Assembly: GCA_944391835.1 (NCBI GenBank)
Contig: CALXVA010000001.1
Span: 3,897-67,896, forward strand
Direction: 5' to 3'
DNA from: an uncultured Clostridia bacterium
GTDB lineage: Bacteria; Bacillota; Clostridia; TANB77; CAG-508
Length of the DNA stretch: 64,000 bases
The position numbers and the translations under genes were made by a program. The notes under the pieces were generated by a model that searched no databases, was not told the DNA's origin, and worked only from the letters and a program-made list of their open reading frames with translations. Positions 32,226 to 43,747 of this stretch are shown piece by piece; position 1 is the stretch's first letter, and every line of letters starts with the position of its first letter.

Positions 32226-33502
32226 TCCATAGCTTTACCTTCTTTTTTTTCTTTTTCTGGTTTATCAGTTAAGCATGAAATTCCTGGTAATACTTTACCC
32301 TCTAATAGTTCAAGTGAAGCTCCTCCACCTGTTGAAATATGAGAAAAGTTATCCTCTAAATGTAACTTTTTAATTGCTGCTACAGAGTCTCCTCCACCTA
32401 CTATAGATATAGATTTTGTAGCTGCTATTGCCTCTGCAACTTTTTCTGTTCCTATACTAAACTTTTCTACTTCGCATATTCCAAGTGGTCCATTCCAAAG
32501 AATAGTCTTTTTGTCTTGTAATTCGTTTGCAAATGTTCTAGCTGTTTTTGGTCCAATATCGCATCCTTGCCATCCAGCTGGAATTTCGTTTGAATTTACA
32601 ACTTTATCTGGAGCTGTTTCTAAGAAGCTTATAAATGCTTTTTGTTTTGCTTTTTTGTCTAATTCTTCTTCTGGCTCTGGTTGTTTTGGTGCTACAACAG
32701 TATCTTCTGGAAGAACTATTTTTACACCTGCAAGTTTTGCCTTATTCATTATTTTTTTAGCTTCTTCTATTTTATCTTCTTCGCATAATGAATCTCCAAT
32801 TTCATGTCCTTGTGCTTTTAAGAATGTATATGCCATTCCTCCACCAATTAAGATTTCGTCTACTTTATCAAGTAAGTTTTCTATAACTCCTATTTTATCA
32901 GATACTTTTGCTCCACCTAGTATTGCTACAAATGGTTTTTCTGGATCCTCTAGAGTTCCATTTAAGAACTTAACTTCTTTTTCCATTAAAAATCCTTCTA
33001 CTGCTTCATCTACATGATGAGCTACACCCTCTGTAGAGCTATGTGCTCTATGTGCTGCTCCAAAAGCATCATTTACATAGATTCCATCTGAAAGATTTGC
33101 AAGTTCCATCGCCATTGTATCATCATTTTGTTCTTCTCTTGGGTCAAATCTAACGTTTTCTAATAGGGCAACATCACCATCAGTTAGGCTATTGGTAACA
33201 CTTTTTGCACTTTCTCCTGTAACATCACTTGCAAATTTAACATCTGTATCTAGTAAATCTTTTAATTCTTCTGCTACTGGTTTTAAAGAATATTCTTCTT
33301 TAACTTCTCCCTTTGGTCTTCCTAAGTGTGAGCATAGTATAACTTTTGCTCCATTATCTCTTAAATATTCTATTGTTGGAAGTGCAGCTGTTATTCTTGT
33401 GTTATCTGTTATTTTTCCATCTTTTAAAGGTACATTAAAATCACATCTTACTAGCACTTTTTTTCCTTTAACATCAACATCTCTTACTGTTTTCTTATTC
33501 AT
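32186..33502 (-). CDS. pgk: phosphoglycerate kinase (C-terminus extended ~40 aa by read-through into a REP-2 copy)
   Basis: N-terminus VRDVDVKGKKVLVRCDFNVPL; the usual end ...LEGKVLPGISCLTDK is followed by PEKEKKEGKAMDVDKGDTPICPQR, whose MDVDKGDTPICP is the translation of GTGGACAAAGGGGACACTCCTATTTGTCCAC. Confidence 0.9.
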   Translation of the reverse strand: MNKKTVRDVDVKGKKVLVRCDFNVPLKDGKITDNTRITAALPTIEYLRDNGAKVILCSHLGRPKGEVKEEYSLKPVAEELKDLLDTDVKFASDVTGESAKSVTNSLTDGDVALLENVRFDPREEQNDDTMAMELANLSDGIYVNDAFGAAHRAHSSTEGVAHHVDEAVEGFLMEKEVKFLNGTLEDPEKPFVAILGGAKVSDKIGVIENLLDKVDEILIGGGMAYTFLKAQGHEIGDSLCEEDKIEEAKKIMNKAKLAGVKIVLPEDTVVAPKQPEPEEELDKKAKQKAFISFLETAPDKVVNSNEIPAGWQGCDIGPKTARTFANELQDKKTILWNGPLGICEVEKFSIGTEKVAEAIAATKSISIVGGGDSVAAIKKLHLEDNFSHISTGGGASLELLEGKVLPGISCLTDKPEKEKKEGKAMDVDKGDTPICPQR

Positions 33503-33528
33503 TAATAATCATCCTTTCTATATTTATA

Positions 33529-33716
33529 GAGGCTAGGATAATATTTAAAATATTCGAGAATATGGAATGGAATGTGATTTGAACATACTAATTCTTAAGA
33601 AATTTTTGTAGGGAATCTCGAATTTTTTGAGGGCGCTGCAAAAATTTCGTTAGAATTAGTGTAAAAATCAGCTTGACCGACATATTCGAAAATATTTTTA
33701 ATATTATTCTAGCCTC
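33529..33716. repeat. MITE-like element with ~35-bp terminal inverted repeats between pgk and gap
   Basis: left gaggctaggataatatttaaaatattcgagaatat vs right atattcgaaaatatttttaatattattctagcctc; internal ctcgaattttttgagggcgctgcaaaaatttcg hairpin resembles the family 3 core. Confidence 0.7.
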
Positions 33717-33747
33717 TACTTTATTCCAAACAAAATTACTACAATCT

Positions 33748-34791
<1,044 letters not shown>

Positions 34792-34925
34792 TTAGTATTA
34801 CCTAAACACTCTCATTTTATATCAATTTTTCATAATTTTCAAGTGTTTATTTATTATTTTACATTTATTTTACAATCAAAATGTAAAGAAGCACAAGTAA
34901 GTTTACGACTTATTGTGCTTCTTTA

Positions 34926-35183
34926 TTATAATTCAATATTATCTGTAATTTTAATTTCTTTAAATAAAAAGTTTTTTACCTTTTCTCCAGTTATTTCATA
35001 GAATAAGAAATCATGAACTTTTTCTCCTGTAATTTCTTGTGTCCAAAAGTCATGTACTTCTTGAAAAACTTTTTCTTGCTTTGGTGTTAATTCAAGAGCT
35101 ATATCTTGGCATAAGAAATTTCTTATTTTAGTCCATACACTTACTTCTGTTGGTAAATTGTTTGAATTTACACGATTATCCAT
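34926..35183 (-). CDS. hypothetical 85-aa protein with tandem 14-aa repeat (EITGEKVHDFLFY/EITGEKVKNFLFK)
   Basis: strong RBS AAGGAGGA; occupies the position upstream of gap where cggR usually lies. Confidence 0.45.
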   Translation of the reverse strand: MDNRVNSNNLPTEVSVWTKIRNFLCQDIALELTPKQEKVFQEVHDFWTQEITGEKVHDFLFYEITGEKVKNFLFKEIKITDNIEL

Positions 35184-35367
35184 ATTTAACTTCCTCCTTC
35201 GTGGTCTAAATAATAATTATTACCATATTTATACTACATTTCTTTTTATAAATCAAGTAAAAAGTTTGAATATTATTATTTTAATTCTCTGTAATACTTT
35301 ATTTTTAAGCTTCTTCAAAATTTTTTACAATTTTATTACATGTTTGTTACAAAAATATTACATATAA

Positions 35368-35922
35368 TTATATTTCCATTTGTCTGCCTAAAAAAGTAGC
35401 TGCTGACTGTACAACTTTTTGCTCCACTTCAGACATTTTTGTGCTTTTGTCCTTTGCCAAAAGAATTACGGTTCCTATTGTATCTCCATCTGATATTATT
35501 GGGTATACTACTTGTGAATTGAATTTTCTTTCTCTATTATCATTTTTCGTAATTGGTACTGATATATCATTATTTTCTTTGCTAGTATATTTTTCTTTAT
35601 CTTCCATTATTTTTTCTAATTCTTCACTTATACCTTGCTCTAAAAATTCTTTTTTAGGTCCACCAGATACTGCTATTACTGTGTCTCTATCTGTTATACA
35701 AGCAATATGCCCGGTAGTTTTAGCAAGTGTCTCTGCATATTCTGTTGCAAATTCTGAAAGTTCACCTATAGGTGAATATTTTTTTAGTATAACTTCTCCC
35801 TCTTTGTCAGTAAATATTTCTAAAGGATCTCCTTCTTTTATTCTTAAGGTTTTACGTATTTCTTTTGGTATAACTACTCTACCTAAATCATCTATTCTTC
35901 TTACAACACCTGTTGCTTTCAT
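35368..35922 (-). CDS. spoVT: stage V sporulation protein T (AbrB-type N-terminal domain plus GAF)
   Basis: MKATGVVRRIDDLGRVVIPKEIRKTLRIKEGDPLEIF is near-identical to the Bacillus/Clostridium SpoVT N-terminus. Confidence 0.9.
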   Translation of the reverse strand: MKATGVVRRIDDLGRVVIPKEIRKTLRIKEGDPLEIFTDKEGEVILKKYSPIGELSEFATEYAETLAKTTGHIACITDRDTVIAVSGGPKKEFLEQGISEELEKIMEDKEKYTSKENNDISVPITKNDNRERKFNSQVVYPIISDGDTIGTVILLAKDKSTKMSEVEQKVVQSAATFLGRQMEI

Positions 35923-35997
35923 AATTTTCCTCCTTTTAAATTTTATGTCTATTCTTATTATTACAAAAGAGGAAAATTTTATTCAAGTTTTTTTAAT

Positions 35998-36107
35998 TGT
36001 GGACAAGAGGGACACTCCTTTTTATCCACACTTTAAATTTTTACATGATTTACTATTTATGATAGTGTAGTGACTGTGGGCAAGAAGGAGTGTCCCTCTT
36101 GTCCACG
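35998..36107. repeat. pair of REP-like family 2 hairpins (35998-36030 and 36076-36107)
   Basis: GTGGACAAGAGGGACACTCCTTTTTATCCAC and GTGGGCAAGAAGGAGTGTCCCTCTTGTCCAC with complementary loops. Confidence 0.75.
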
Positions 36108-36112
36108 ATTCA

Positions 36113-38101
36113 TTACTCAGTAATTTCAGCTTGTTCTACTTGGCTTCCTTGTTCTACTTTGTATTCTTTTATTACATTTCCAAGCTCATCAGCAAAATCT
36201 TGAAGTATAACTAATTTTATTGTTGGTTGTTTTCCATCTATATAATCATCCATTACTTGTTTTAATTTTTTCAAATTTGGTAATTCATCTTGCAACTTTT
36301 CCCCAAATCTTTTTGCTCTATCCATAAGTTTTTCTTTTATAGTTACTATATCTTCGTTACTAGCACATGAGATTCTTTGGAACATTTGAAATACATCGTA
36401 ATATCTAAATATTGGAACCTGCATGCATTCCTTATCAAATTTGTCATAGAATTGTTCCATTTTCATTGGTATATATTTAAATATTTCTTCTGCCTTTTCT
36501 TTGTACATTTTGTCTTCAAGCTGTGCATTAATATTATTAAAGTGGTTTAAAATTTCTTCCATATCTTCCGATTTATCTTCTTCTATCGCTAAACTTGCAA
36601 GTTCCTCTTCTACGTTAGGGCAATAGCTTGAAGTTAATGAAGATATATTCATTCCATTTAAGAAAACGCTTTTTATTGTTCTCATATCATAATCTATAAG
36701 ACTTTTTCTTACAAAGTGAGCAAAATATGCAAATAGTTTTACTACGTTTATAAGCTCTATGCGTCCATTTTTTACGTCATCCAACACTTCAGTTACTACT
36801 CCACTAAATTGATCATCAGATATTTTCCAATACTCTTCTGTAAGAAGTCTCTTATAACCTGGTAATTTATCCGTGTCAACAGTATTTATTATGGCCTCCA
36901 TATCTCTTTTAAATACTTTCATGTCAAATATACGTGTACGCACATATAGTTCTATAAATTTGAAGAATCTATATTCAGCTTTAAAGTTATAGTAGTAGTT
37001 ATTATCAAATTCTTTAATATAGAATTGCCTGTTATCCATAAATACTCTTGAAGAAACAAGTATAGCTTTGTATTCTTCGTTGTCATTAATATTTACAAAT
37101 TTGTCTTTTGTAATTTTACCTGCCTTAATTTCAAAAGATATAGCAATTGTAAATATTAGCATTGTTTGCAATACTCTATGATTTGTATTTGGATATGATT
37201 TATTAACTTCATCAAAAATTTTCTTAAAATTAGTTAATGAATGTTTTAGAATTCTTAAATTTCTAGTTCCACTCTTATTAAATGTAGAAATAATAAGGTT
37301 GGTATTTTCTCTTAAGAATCTAATTAAGTCTGGACAATTTTCATATCTCATTAAAAGTCCGTTTATTATATACGTAAATTCTGGTGCATACTCAAAGGTT
37401 TCACCAATTAACTTTTCTTTAATTCTTTCATAGTCGTTTGCTTTATCAAAAACATATTCAATAGTATCACGAATTCTCTCAACCATTGGCTTGTCTGTTT
37501 TTATATTAAGCTTATTTTCCTTGTCTAAAAGATATGTTGCTATAAATGTTTTCATTTCTAGGTTACTATTTTTTAGTTTTGTAGATAGTTCTTTTTCATT
37601 ACATATAATTATTGTTTTTATGTGGTCATGTTCAACAAAATTATTAATATAACCTAAAATATCAATAACATCCACATTTGCTCTTTCCAAATCATCAAAG
37701 CATAAAACTTTATCGTCTGTAGAAAAGAATTGACCATAATCTATTCTATCTCCATTTTGTGTAACACCAAAAAAGTTTGCCATATCAAGACCTGTTTTAG
37801 CATATTCTGGTATGTTTTTTACTCCACTTGCGTCCATAAACTTTTTTAAGTTTTTATCCATAAGTTGAGTTGTCTCAATAAATATTTTTTTACTTATTTC
37901 TTCTAGGTTTGATATACCATATAATGACATATATATTGCAGTATATCTTTTTCCATTTAATTGCATTGATTCTATTTTTGGCCTTATTTTATTATTCCAA
38001 AAATAGGTTTTTCCACTTCCCCATTCACCATTTATCATTATGGCATAATCTGTATAGTCTGATCTTATATAGTCTAAAATACTCTCAACTAAATCTTCCA
38101 T
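36113..38101 (-). CDS. KAP-family P-loop NTPase
   Basis: N-terminal Walker A INGEWGSGKTYFW and Walker B-like LCFDDLERANVD in KAP arrangement, then long helical region; flanked by REP-2 pairs. Confidence 0.65.
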   Translation of the reverse strand: MEDLVESILDYIRSDYTDYAIMINGEWGSGKTYFWNNKIRPKIESMQLNGKRYTAIYMSLYGISNLEEISKKIFIETTQLMDKNLKKFMDASGVKNIPEYAKTGLDMANFFGVTQNGDRIDYGQFFSTDDKVLCFDDLERANVDVIDILGYINNFVEHDHIKTIIICNEKELSTKLKNSNLEMKTFIATYLLDKENKLNIKTDKPMVERIRDTIEYVFDKANDYERIKEKLIGETFEYAPEFTYIINGLLMRYENCPDLIRFLRENTNLIISTFNKSGTRNLRILKHSLTNFKKIFDEVNKSYPNTNHRVLQTMLIFTIAISFEIKAGKITKDKFVNINDNEEYKAILVSSRVFMDNRQFYIKEFDNNYYYNFKAEYRFFKFIELYVRTRIFDMKVFKRDMEAIINTVDTDKLPGYKRLLTEEYWKISDDQFSGVVTEVLDDVKNGRIELINVVKLFAYFAHFVRKSLIDYDMRTIKSVFLNGMNISSLTSSYCPNVEEELASLAIEEDKSEDMEEILNHFNNINAQLEDKMYKEKAEEIFKYIPMKMEQFYDKFDKECMQVPIFRYYDVFQMFQRISCASNEDIVTIKEKLMDRAKRFGEKLQDELPNLKKLKQVMDDYIDGKQPTIKLVILQDFADELGNVIKEYKVEQGSQVEQAEITE

Positions 38102-38178
38102 TCGTTTCTCCTTTCTTACAATTTGGATTAATCATCCTCATTTTATTTCTTTAGTATTTTCTCACTGGACCCTACTAT

Positions 38179-38856
38179 TTAGTCCTTTGCCAATGTCAAT
38201 ATTCCAAGTTGTTTTATATCTGCCTTTAATATTTCTTTTTTACACGCTTCTATAGTAGCTCCAGTTGTATATATATCGTCAAAAATTAAAATCTTTTTAC
38301 TGTATATTTTTTCTTTGTTTACTAAATCATATACATCTTTCACATTATTTTTTCTTTCTTCCTTGTTTAGGCTACTTTGAACTCTATTATTCTTTGTTTT
38401 AACAAGAACATCTGTAAACATTTTTATTTTTGCTTTTTTAGCTAGTTCTTTTGCAATCAATTCACTTTGATTATATCCTCTTAAAGCTCTTTTTTTATTA
38501 TGCATCGGAACTGGAATTATTATATCATAACTTTTTATAAAATCAAAAGCTTTTTTATTTTTTACAATAAATTCACAAAAAGTTTTGTATAAATACGATT
38601 TATTGTTAAATTTGTATTGGATAATAAGCTTTCGTATTAGTTCTTTGTATTGAAATATATGTAGTCTATCTATATTGTCTTTTATGTAAATTTCGTTTTT
38701 GCTCTTTTCCTTAAATTGTAGATATGCCTTAGAACAAATTGCATATTTATTTAGCTCTTTTCCACATTTTTTGCACAAATATCCTTCTCCTAATTTACCA
38801 CAAACTCCACAACTTGGTAAAAAAATATATTCGAGAGTCTTTTCTAAAAGATTCAT
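38179..38856 (-). CDS. comFC: ComF family protein (double zinc ribbon plus phosphoribosyltransferase domain)
   Basis: CGVCGK...CKKCGK zinc ribbon; PRTase motif ILIFDDIYTTGATI. Confidence 0.75.
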   Translation of the reverse strand: MNLLEKTLEYIFLPSCGVCGKLGEGYLCKKCGKELNKYAICSKAYLQFKEKSKNEIYIKDNIDRLHIFQYKELIRKLIIQYKFNNKSYLYKTFCEFIVKNKKAFDFIKSYDIIIPVPMHNKKRALRGYNQSELIAKELAKKAKIKMFTDVLVKTKNNRVQSSLNKEERKNNVKDVYDLVNKEKIYSKKILIFDDIYTTGATIEACKKEILKADIKQLGILTLAKD

Positions 38857-38924
38857 TATTCCTCCTAAAATATTCCCCCGAATATCTATTATTTTCTTTT
38901 ATATCACTCCAATTACGTTTTTAA

Positions 38925-41413
38925 TTACATATTCATCATCTTAAATGCTAATCCTGTATTTCTTTTTTTGTTATCATTATTATTTATCATAAAGTCTATT
39001 ATGTTTTTACTGCCTATAATAATTAGTAATTTCTTTGCTCTAGTCATACCAGTATAAAGTAAATTTCTTGTAAGTAGCATTGGTGCAGTTTGTGAAATAG
39101 GCATTATTACTACATCAAATTCACTTCCGTTGTGCTTTATGAACAGTAATAGCGTATGCATGCTCTATTTGTTCTAACTCACTATATTGATACCATACCT
39201 GTTTATCATCATCAAATTTAATTTTAACTTGCTTATTAAAGTCATCTATTTTTTCTATCGTTCCAAATTCACCGTTGAACACGCCACTTCCACTTTCAAA
39301 AAGCGGTTCTTTACGCTCCCAATATATATCGTAATTGTTTTTAACTTGCATTATTCTATCGCCTTCTCTAAAAAGGCTATCTCCAAATTTTTTCTCTTTT
39401 TTAGATTCTGATAGCGGATTTACAGTACCTTGTAATAATTTATTTAATTCTTTTGTTCCTAAATCGCCTTTTTTAGTTGGAGTTATAATTTGTATATTCT
39501 TAAAGAAATCATAATCGCCATAGTTTTTTAGCCTTTCTCCACTTAAAGATAAAACATTATATAAAATTTTGTCTTTTTGAGTTTCATTTACAAAAAAGAA
39601 ATCTTCAAGAAATAAATTATTCTTTATATTTTCACTATCTTCTTGTCTCTTTTTACTTGTGCTTTCTGTATTTTTTAGGTTATTTACAGTAATACTTTTA
39701 TCAATAATTTCTGGTAATGTATTATCTAAATTTTCTTCATTATTACTATTTTCTATCTCTTCTTTTGTTATAAATCCTTTTCCCTCATTTACTCTATGTG
39801 CGTTTACTATAATTTTGCTTTTAGCAGCTTGTCTAAATATTTTGTTTAACCTAATTGTAGTTATCTTTTCAGATTCAATAATATCTTTTAGAACATTCCC
39901 TGGACCAACTGATGGTAGCTGATCAATATCACCTACTAAAACTAGTTTAGTTCCTTTGTATAAAGCTTTACACAAATAATTCATCAAAAACAAATCTACC
40001 ATCGACATTTCATCTACAATTACTATGTCTCCATCAATAGGTGCAACTGAAATATCTGAATTTATTCCCTGTGTTTCATCCGAAATCTTTCCTATTTCTA
40101 GCAATCTATGTAAAGTACTTGCCTCGTTTCCAGTTGCTTCTGTCATCTTCTTAGCAGCTCTTCCCGTTGGAGCACAAAGTACAGGCTTCATTTCACTATG
40201 CTTAAATATATCTATTATAGTTTTTATTATTGTAGTTTTACCAGTACCAGGTCCGTCCAGTTATAACACAAACATTATTATCATTTATTGCACTTATCGC
40301 TTCTATTTGTTTTTCAGATAGTTCTATGCTAGACTTTTTTTCGAATAATTCTAGTTCTTTATCAAATCTGTCTATTTTTTTTATATTTTTATATTTATCT
40401 AATTCAATTAAACGTCTTGCTACATTTGCTTCTGCCTCATAGTATTGATATAAATATACCCATTCCTCTCCATCTCTTTCTTCAAGTACAATGTCTTCTT
40501 TTGCTTTTAAATTGATAATAGAATCCTCTATATCATTCTCGCTAACCCCAAGTAACTTTTTAACAAATTCAACTAACCCTTCATATCTAGTACAACAATG
40601 ACCATTATATGTCATAAGAATTAAAGCATGTTTAATCCCACTTCTAATTCTTTTTTCATTATTATATTCGAACCCTAAATTAAGAGCCATCTTATCAATT
40701 TGCTCAAAATTAACTTTATTTACCAAATCAACTAAAATATATGGATTACTTTCTATCTCTTCCATTGCATTTACTCCAAGTGCCTTATAAATCTTCTCTG
40801 CATTTTGTGGTCCTATTCCAAACTTGTCTAAAAAACCGACAAGTTGCCAAACTTCCCAGTTTTCTATAAATGTATTTGCTATTTCTATTGCTCTATCTTT
40901 TGTTATCCCCTTAATTTGTGCTAACTTAGCTGGCTCAAACTTAAACACATTTAAAGTATCCTCTCCAAAAGTTTCAACAATATTTCTTGCAGTTGCAGGT
41001 CCAATACCTTTAATTCCACAATTTGCTAGGTAACGTTCTAGCGCCTTTGTAGTTTGAGGCATCATTTTCTCAAAAGTATCTACCTTAAATTGTAGACCAT
41101 ACTCTTGGTGTTCTACAAATTTTCCCATAGCTTTAAGAGTATCTCCAATATTTACAAATGGTAGATACCCTACTATAGTCATTTCTTCGTCCAGATCATC
41201 TATTTCATTAAACTCTTCAGTAATTCCAATTTGATCAGCCATTTCTTTTTTATTTTTTTTAATTATATCTTTATCTAATTTTAGAACAGCTATACAGTAG
41301 CTATTCAAATCATTTTTGTAAATTATTTCAATAACTTCACCTTGTAATTCCAATGTGTATACCTTCTTTTTTGTCATGTTTGGGGACAGGCTCTTTTGCG
41401 ACAAGCTTGTCAT
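38925..41413 (-). pseudogene. recD2: RecD2-like ATP-dependent DNA helicase interrupted by two +1 frameshifts (three ORF pieces)
   Basis: pieces 40238-41413 (HhH N-domain, ends VITGRTWYW*), 39121-40191 (KPVLCAPTGRAAKKM ... AYAITVHKAQRK*) and 38925-39161 (GSEFDVVIMP ... YTGMTRAKK); the shifted frame restores GPGTGKTT and HKAQGSEFD; both lesions are an extra C before GGA. Confidence 0.75.
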
Positions 41414-41426
41414 GTTTGGGGACAGG
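41385..41426. repeat. degenerate REP-like family 1 remnant (duplicated CATGTTTGGGGACAGG)
   Basis: catgtttggggacaggctcttttgcgacaagcttgtcatgtttggggacagg. Confidence 0.5.
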
Positions 41427-41494
41427 TCTGTATTTCTAGCCTGAGCCTATCATTCTGTACGAATTATATCATAATATAAAATCATTTACAATGT

Positions 41495-41851
41495 TTAATT
41501 GGCCTCTTTTATGTTATCAATTACTTCCTTGCATTCTTTCCAATTTACAACTTTTATCTCATCATAGTCTTTACTAAGTTTGTTTAAAATTTTCATAGTA
41601 TCATCAGTAGAATCCAAGTCTGTTACAATCACATCTTTCACACAATCTTCTTTGCCATACATTATCCTAAAGAGTATTGTACGCAAAAATCCTTCTATTT
41701 TATTTTCCTGATTTTTAGCAGCTATTATTATATAGATACCATCTGATTTTAAATTTGTATATGTACAAATATATATAATATTTTTAATAATTTCGAAAAG
41801 GCCATAAAGTGCAAGTGTCCATAATATCCCATTTAATATAAAATCAAGCAT
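41495..41851 (-). CDS. 118-aa ORF resembling the N-terminal fragment of a family-2 glycosyltransferase (possible remnant)
   Basis: TM helix then YIIIAAKNQENKIEGFL ... VIVTDLDSTDDTMKIL, like a GT2 Rossmann N-terminus; REP-1 elements on both sides. Confidence 0.3.
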   Translation of the reverse strand: MLDFILNGILWTLALYGLFEIIKNIIYICTYTNLKSDGIYIIIAAKNQENKIEGFLRTILFRIMYGKEDCVKDVIVTDLDSTDDTMKILNKLSKDYDEIKVVNWKECKEVIDNIKEAN

Positions 41852-42003
41852 TATATTACCTCCAACTTATATTTGTTATATGATTTATTTAATTTACTAC
41901 AATCAAATGATTATTGGTTATAATATAATATGTATTACTGTTAATTTTAGTTAATCGTATATTAAATACTTTCCTCTCGAAAAGCAACACTATTTTCCTT
42001 AGA

Positions 42004-42054
42004 CCTGTCACCAGAAGTGCCAAATGGCACTTTTGTGACAGGCACCTGAGTGCC
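42004..42054. repeat. REP-like element family 1
   Basis: CCTGTCACCagaaGTGCCAAATGGCACttttGTGACAGGCACctgaGTGCC. Confidence 0.8.
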
Positions 42055-42109
42055 AAAAAAAGAAGCAACGTAATTGTTGCCCCCTAAATTTCATTCATCT
42101 TTTTTTATT

Positions 42110-42634
42110 TTAAACTAATTGTAATATAACTACTTCTGCTGCGTCTCCTCTTCTTTGTCCAAGTTTTAGGATTCTTGTGTATCCTCCAACTCTTCCTTCA
42201 TATTTTGGTGCTATTTCGTTGAATAGTTTTGCAGTTAAGTCTATATTCTTTCCATCTTCATCTTTTACTTTGTTTAATGTTTTCATCATTTTTCTTCTTG
42301 CATTTAATCTTGATGGCATATCTTTTTGTCTTTTTTCAGTAGTTTCTTCTCTAACTACTCTTAGATATTCTTTACCGTTCTTGCTTTTTACAAGCTCTGT
42401 TACTTTATTTCCCTTAGCATCTAATTTTGCTTTTGAAACTTTTACATCAACTGTTTCAAAATTATCTTTTTCTTTCATTGCTAATGAAATTAAGCTATCA
42501 GCTATTGCTTTTACTTCTTTAGCTCTAGCTTCTGTTGTTTCTATTTTTCCGTGTAGAATTAAATCAGTAGTTAGAGTTTTAAGCATAGCTAATCTAATGT
42601 CAGTTGTTTTACCTAATTTTCTATTAGTTGCCAC
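42110..42634 (-). CDS. rplQ: 50S ribosomal protein L17 with ~55-aa internal insertion
   Basis: N-terminus [36 protein letters not shown] and C-terminus [18 protein letters not shown] match L17, separated by an extra Lys/Glu-rich segment; total 174 aa where ~120 is typical. Confidence 0.85.
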   Translation of the reverse strand: MATNRKLGKTTDIRLAMLKTLTTDLILHGKIETTEARAKEVKAIADSLISLAMKEKDNFETVDVKVSKAKLDAKGNKVTELVKSKNGKEYLRVVREETTEKRQKDMPSRLNARRKMMKTLNKVKDEDGKNIDLTAKLFNEIAPKYEGRVGGYTRILKLGQRRGDAAEVVILQLV

Positions 42635-42666
42635 TTTATTTCCCTCCTCTTTATTGTGTTATTGCT

Positions 42667-43614
42667 TTATTCTTCATCTCTTCTAAAATCTAATCCTAAA
42701 GCATGAAGTTTATTAGTTACTTCATCTAAAGATTTCTTTCCTAGGTTTCTAACTTTCATCATATCTGCTTCAGATTTGTTTGTTAAATCTTCAACAGTTG
42801 ATATTCCTGCTCTTTTTAAACAGTTAAATGATCTTACAGATAATTCAAGATCTTCTATTGACATTTCTAATACTCTTTCTTTTTTGTTTTCTTCTTTTTC
42901 AACCATTACTTGAGTATTTTTTGCCGTCTCTGATAAATCTATAAATAATTCTAGATGTCCTGTCATAACCTTTGCAGCTAAACTTAATGCTTCATAAGGT
43001 TTTAAACTTCCATCTGTCCATACTTCTATTGTTAATTTATCATAATCTACTCTTTGTCCAACTCTTGTGTTTTCAACAGAGTAATTTACTTTTTTAACTG
43101 GTGTATAGATTGAGTCTATTGGTAGAACGCCTATTGGTTGATCTGGTTTTTTGTTCTTCTCAGCGTTATTATATCCTCTACCCATATCAGCTGTTAGTTC
43201 CATCTTTAGTGTTCCACCCTCTGAAACTGTTGCTATATGTAAATCTGGATTTAATATTTCTACTGTTCCATCTGTAATGATGTCTCCTGCCTTTACTTCT
43301 CCAGGCTCTCTAACATCTATTCTTAATGTTTTTTCTTCATTTTTGTCTAATTTTAATCTAACGTTTTTTAGATTAATAACTATTTCTGGAACATCTTCTA
43401 CAACATTTGGTATTGTAGAAAACTCATGTAAAACACCTTCTATCTTTACACTTGTAATAGCACTTCCAGGAAGTGAAGATAGTAATATTCTTCTTAGCGA
43501 ATTTCCTATTGTTATGCCATATCCTCTTTCTAATGGTTCACATACAAATTTTGCATAGTTACTATCATTATCAATTTCTAAGCATTTGATATTTGGTCTT
43601 TCAAATTCTATCAT
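42667..43614 (-). CDS. rpoA: DNA-directed RNA polymerase subunit alpha
   Basis: [15 protein letters not shown]-terminal domain [15 protein letters not shown]. Confidence 0.95.
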   Translation of the reverse strand: MIEFERPNIKCLEIDNDSNYAKFVCEPLERGYGITIGNSLRRILLSSLPGSAITSVKIEGVLHEFSTIPNVVEDVPEIVINLKNVRLKLDKNEEKTLRIDVREPGEVKAGDIITDGTVEILNPDLHIATVSEGGTLKMELTADMGRGYNNAEKNKKPDQPIGVLPIDSIYTPVKKVNYSVENTRVGQRVDYDKLTIEVWTDGSLKPYEALSLAAKVMTGHLELFIDLSETAKNTQVMVEKEENKKERVLEMSIEDLELSVRSFNCLKRAGISTVEDLTNKSEADMMKVRNLGKKSLDEVTNKLHALGLDFRRDEE

Positions 43615-43747
43615 TTTTACCTCCTAATTTTTAGAAGTTAGAGGTTGGTAGTTAAAAAAATTTAACTTTTACCCTACTTCATCATTTATTTAATTTTAGA
43701 AATTCTGCCTTTTTAATTTCTAAATTTTTTCATCTAACTTCTAGCTA

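Noticed and set aside
32511-33017. Plus-strand ORFs in the six-frame track that overlap minus-strand core genes (for example 32511-33017 in pgk, 35441-36070 in spoVT, 57910-58467 in rplD, 8357-9001 in radA, 42177-42686 in rplQ)
   Set aside because: They are antisense shadow ORFs with low-complexity Ser/Phe/Leu-rich translations, no RBS, and they lie opposite confidently identified genes.
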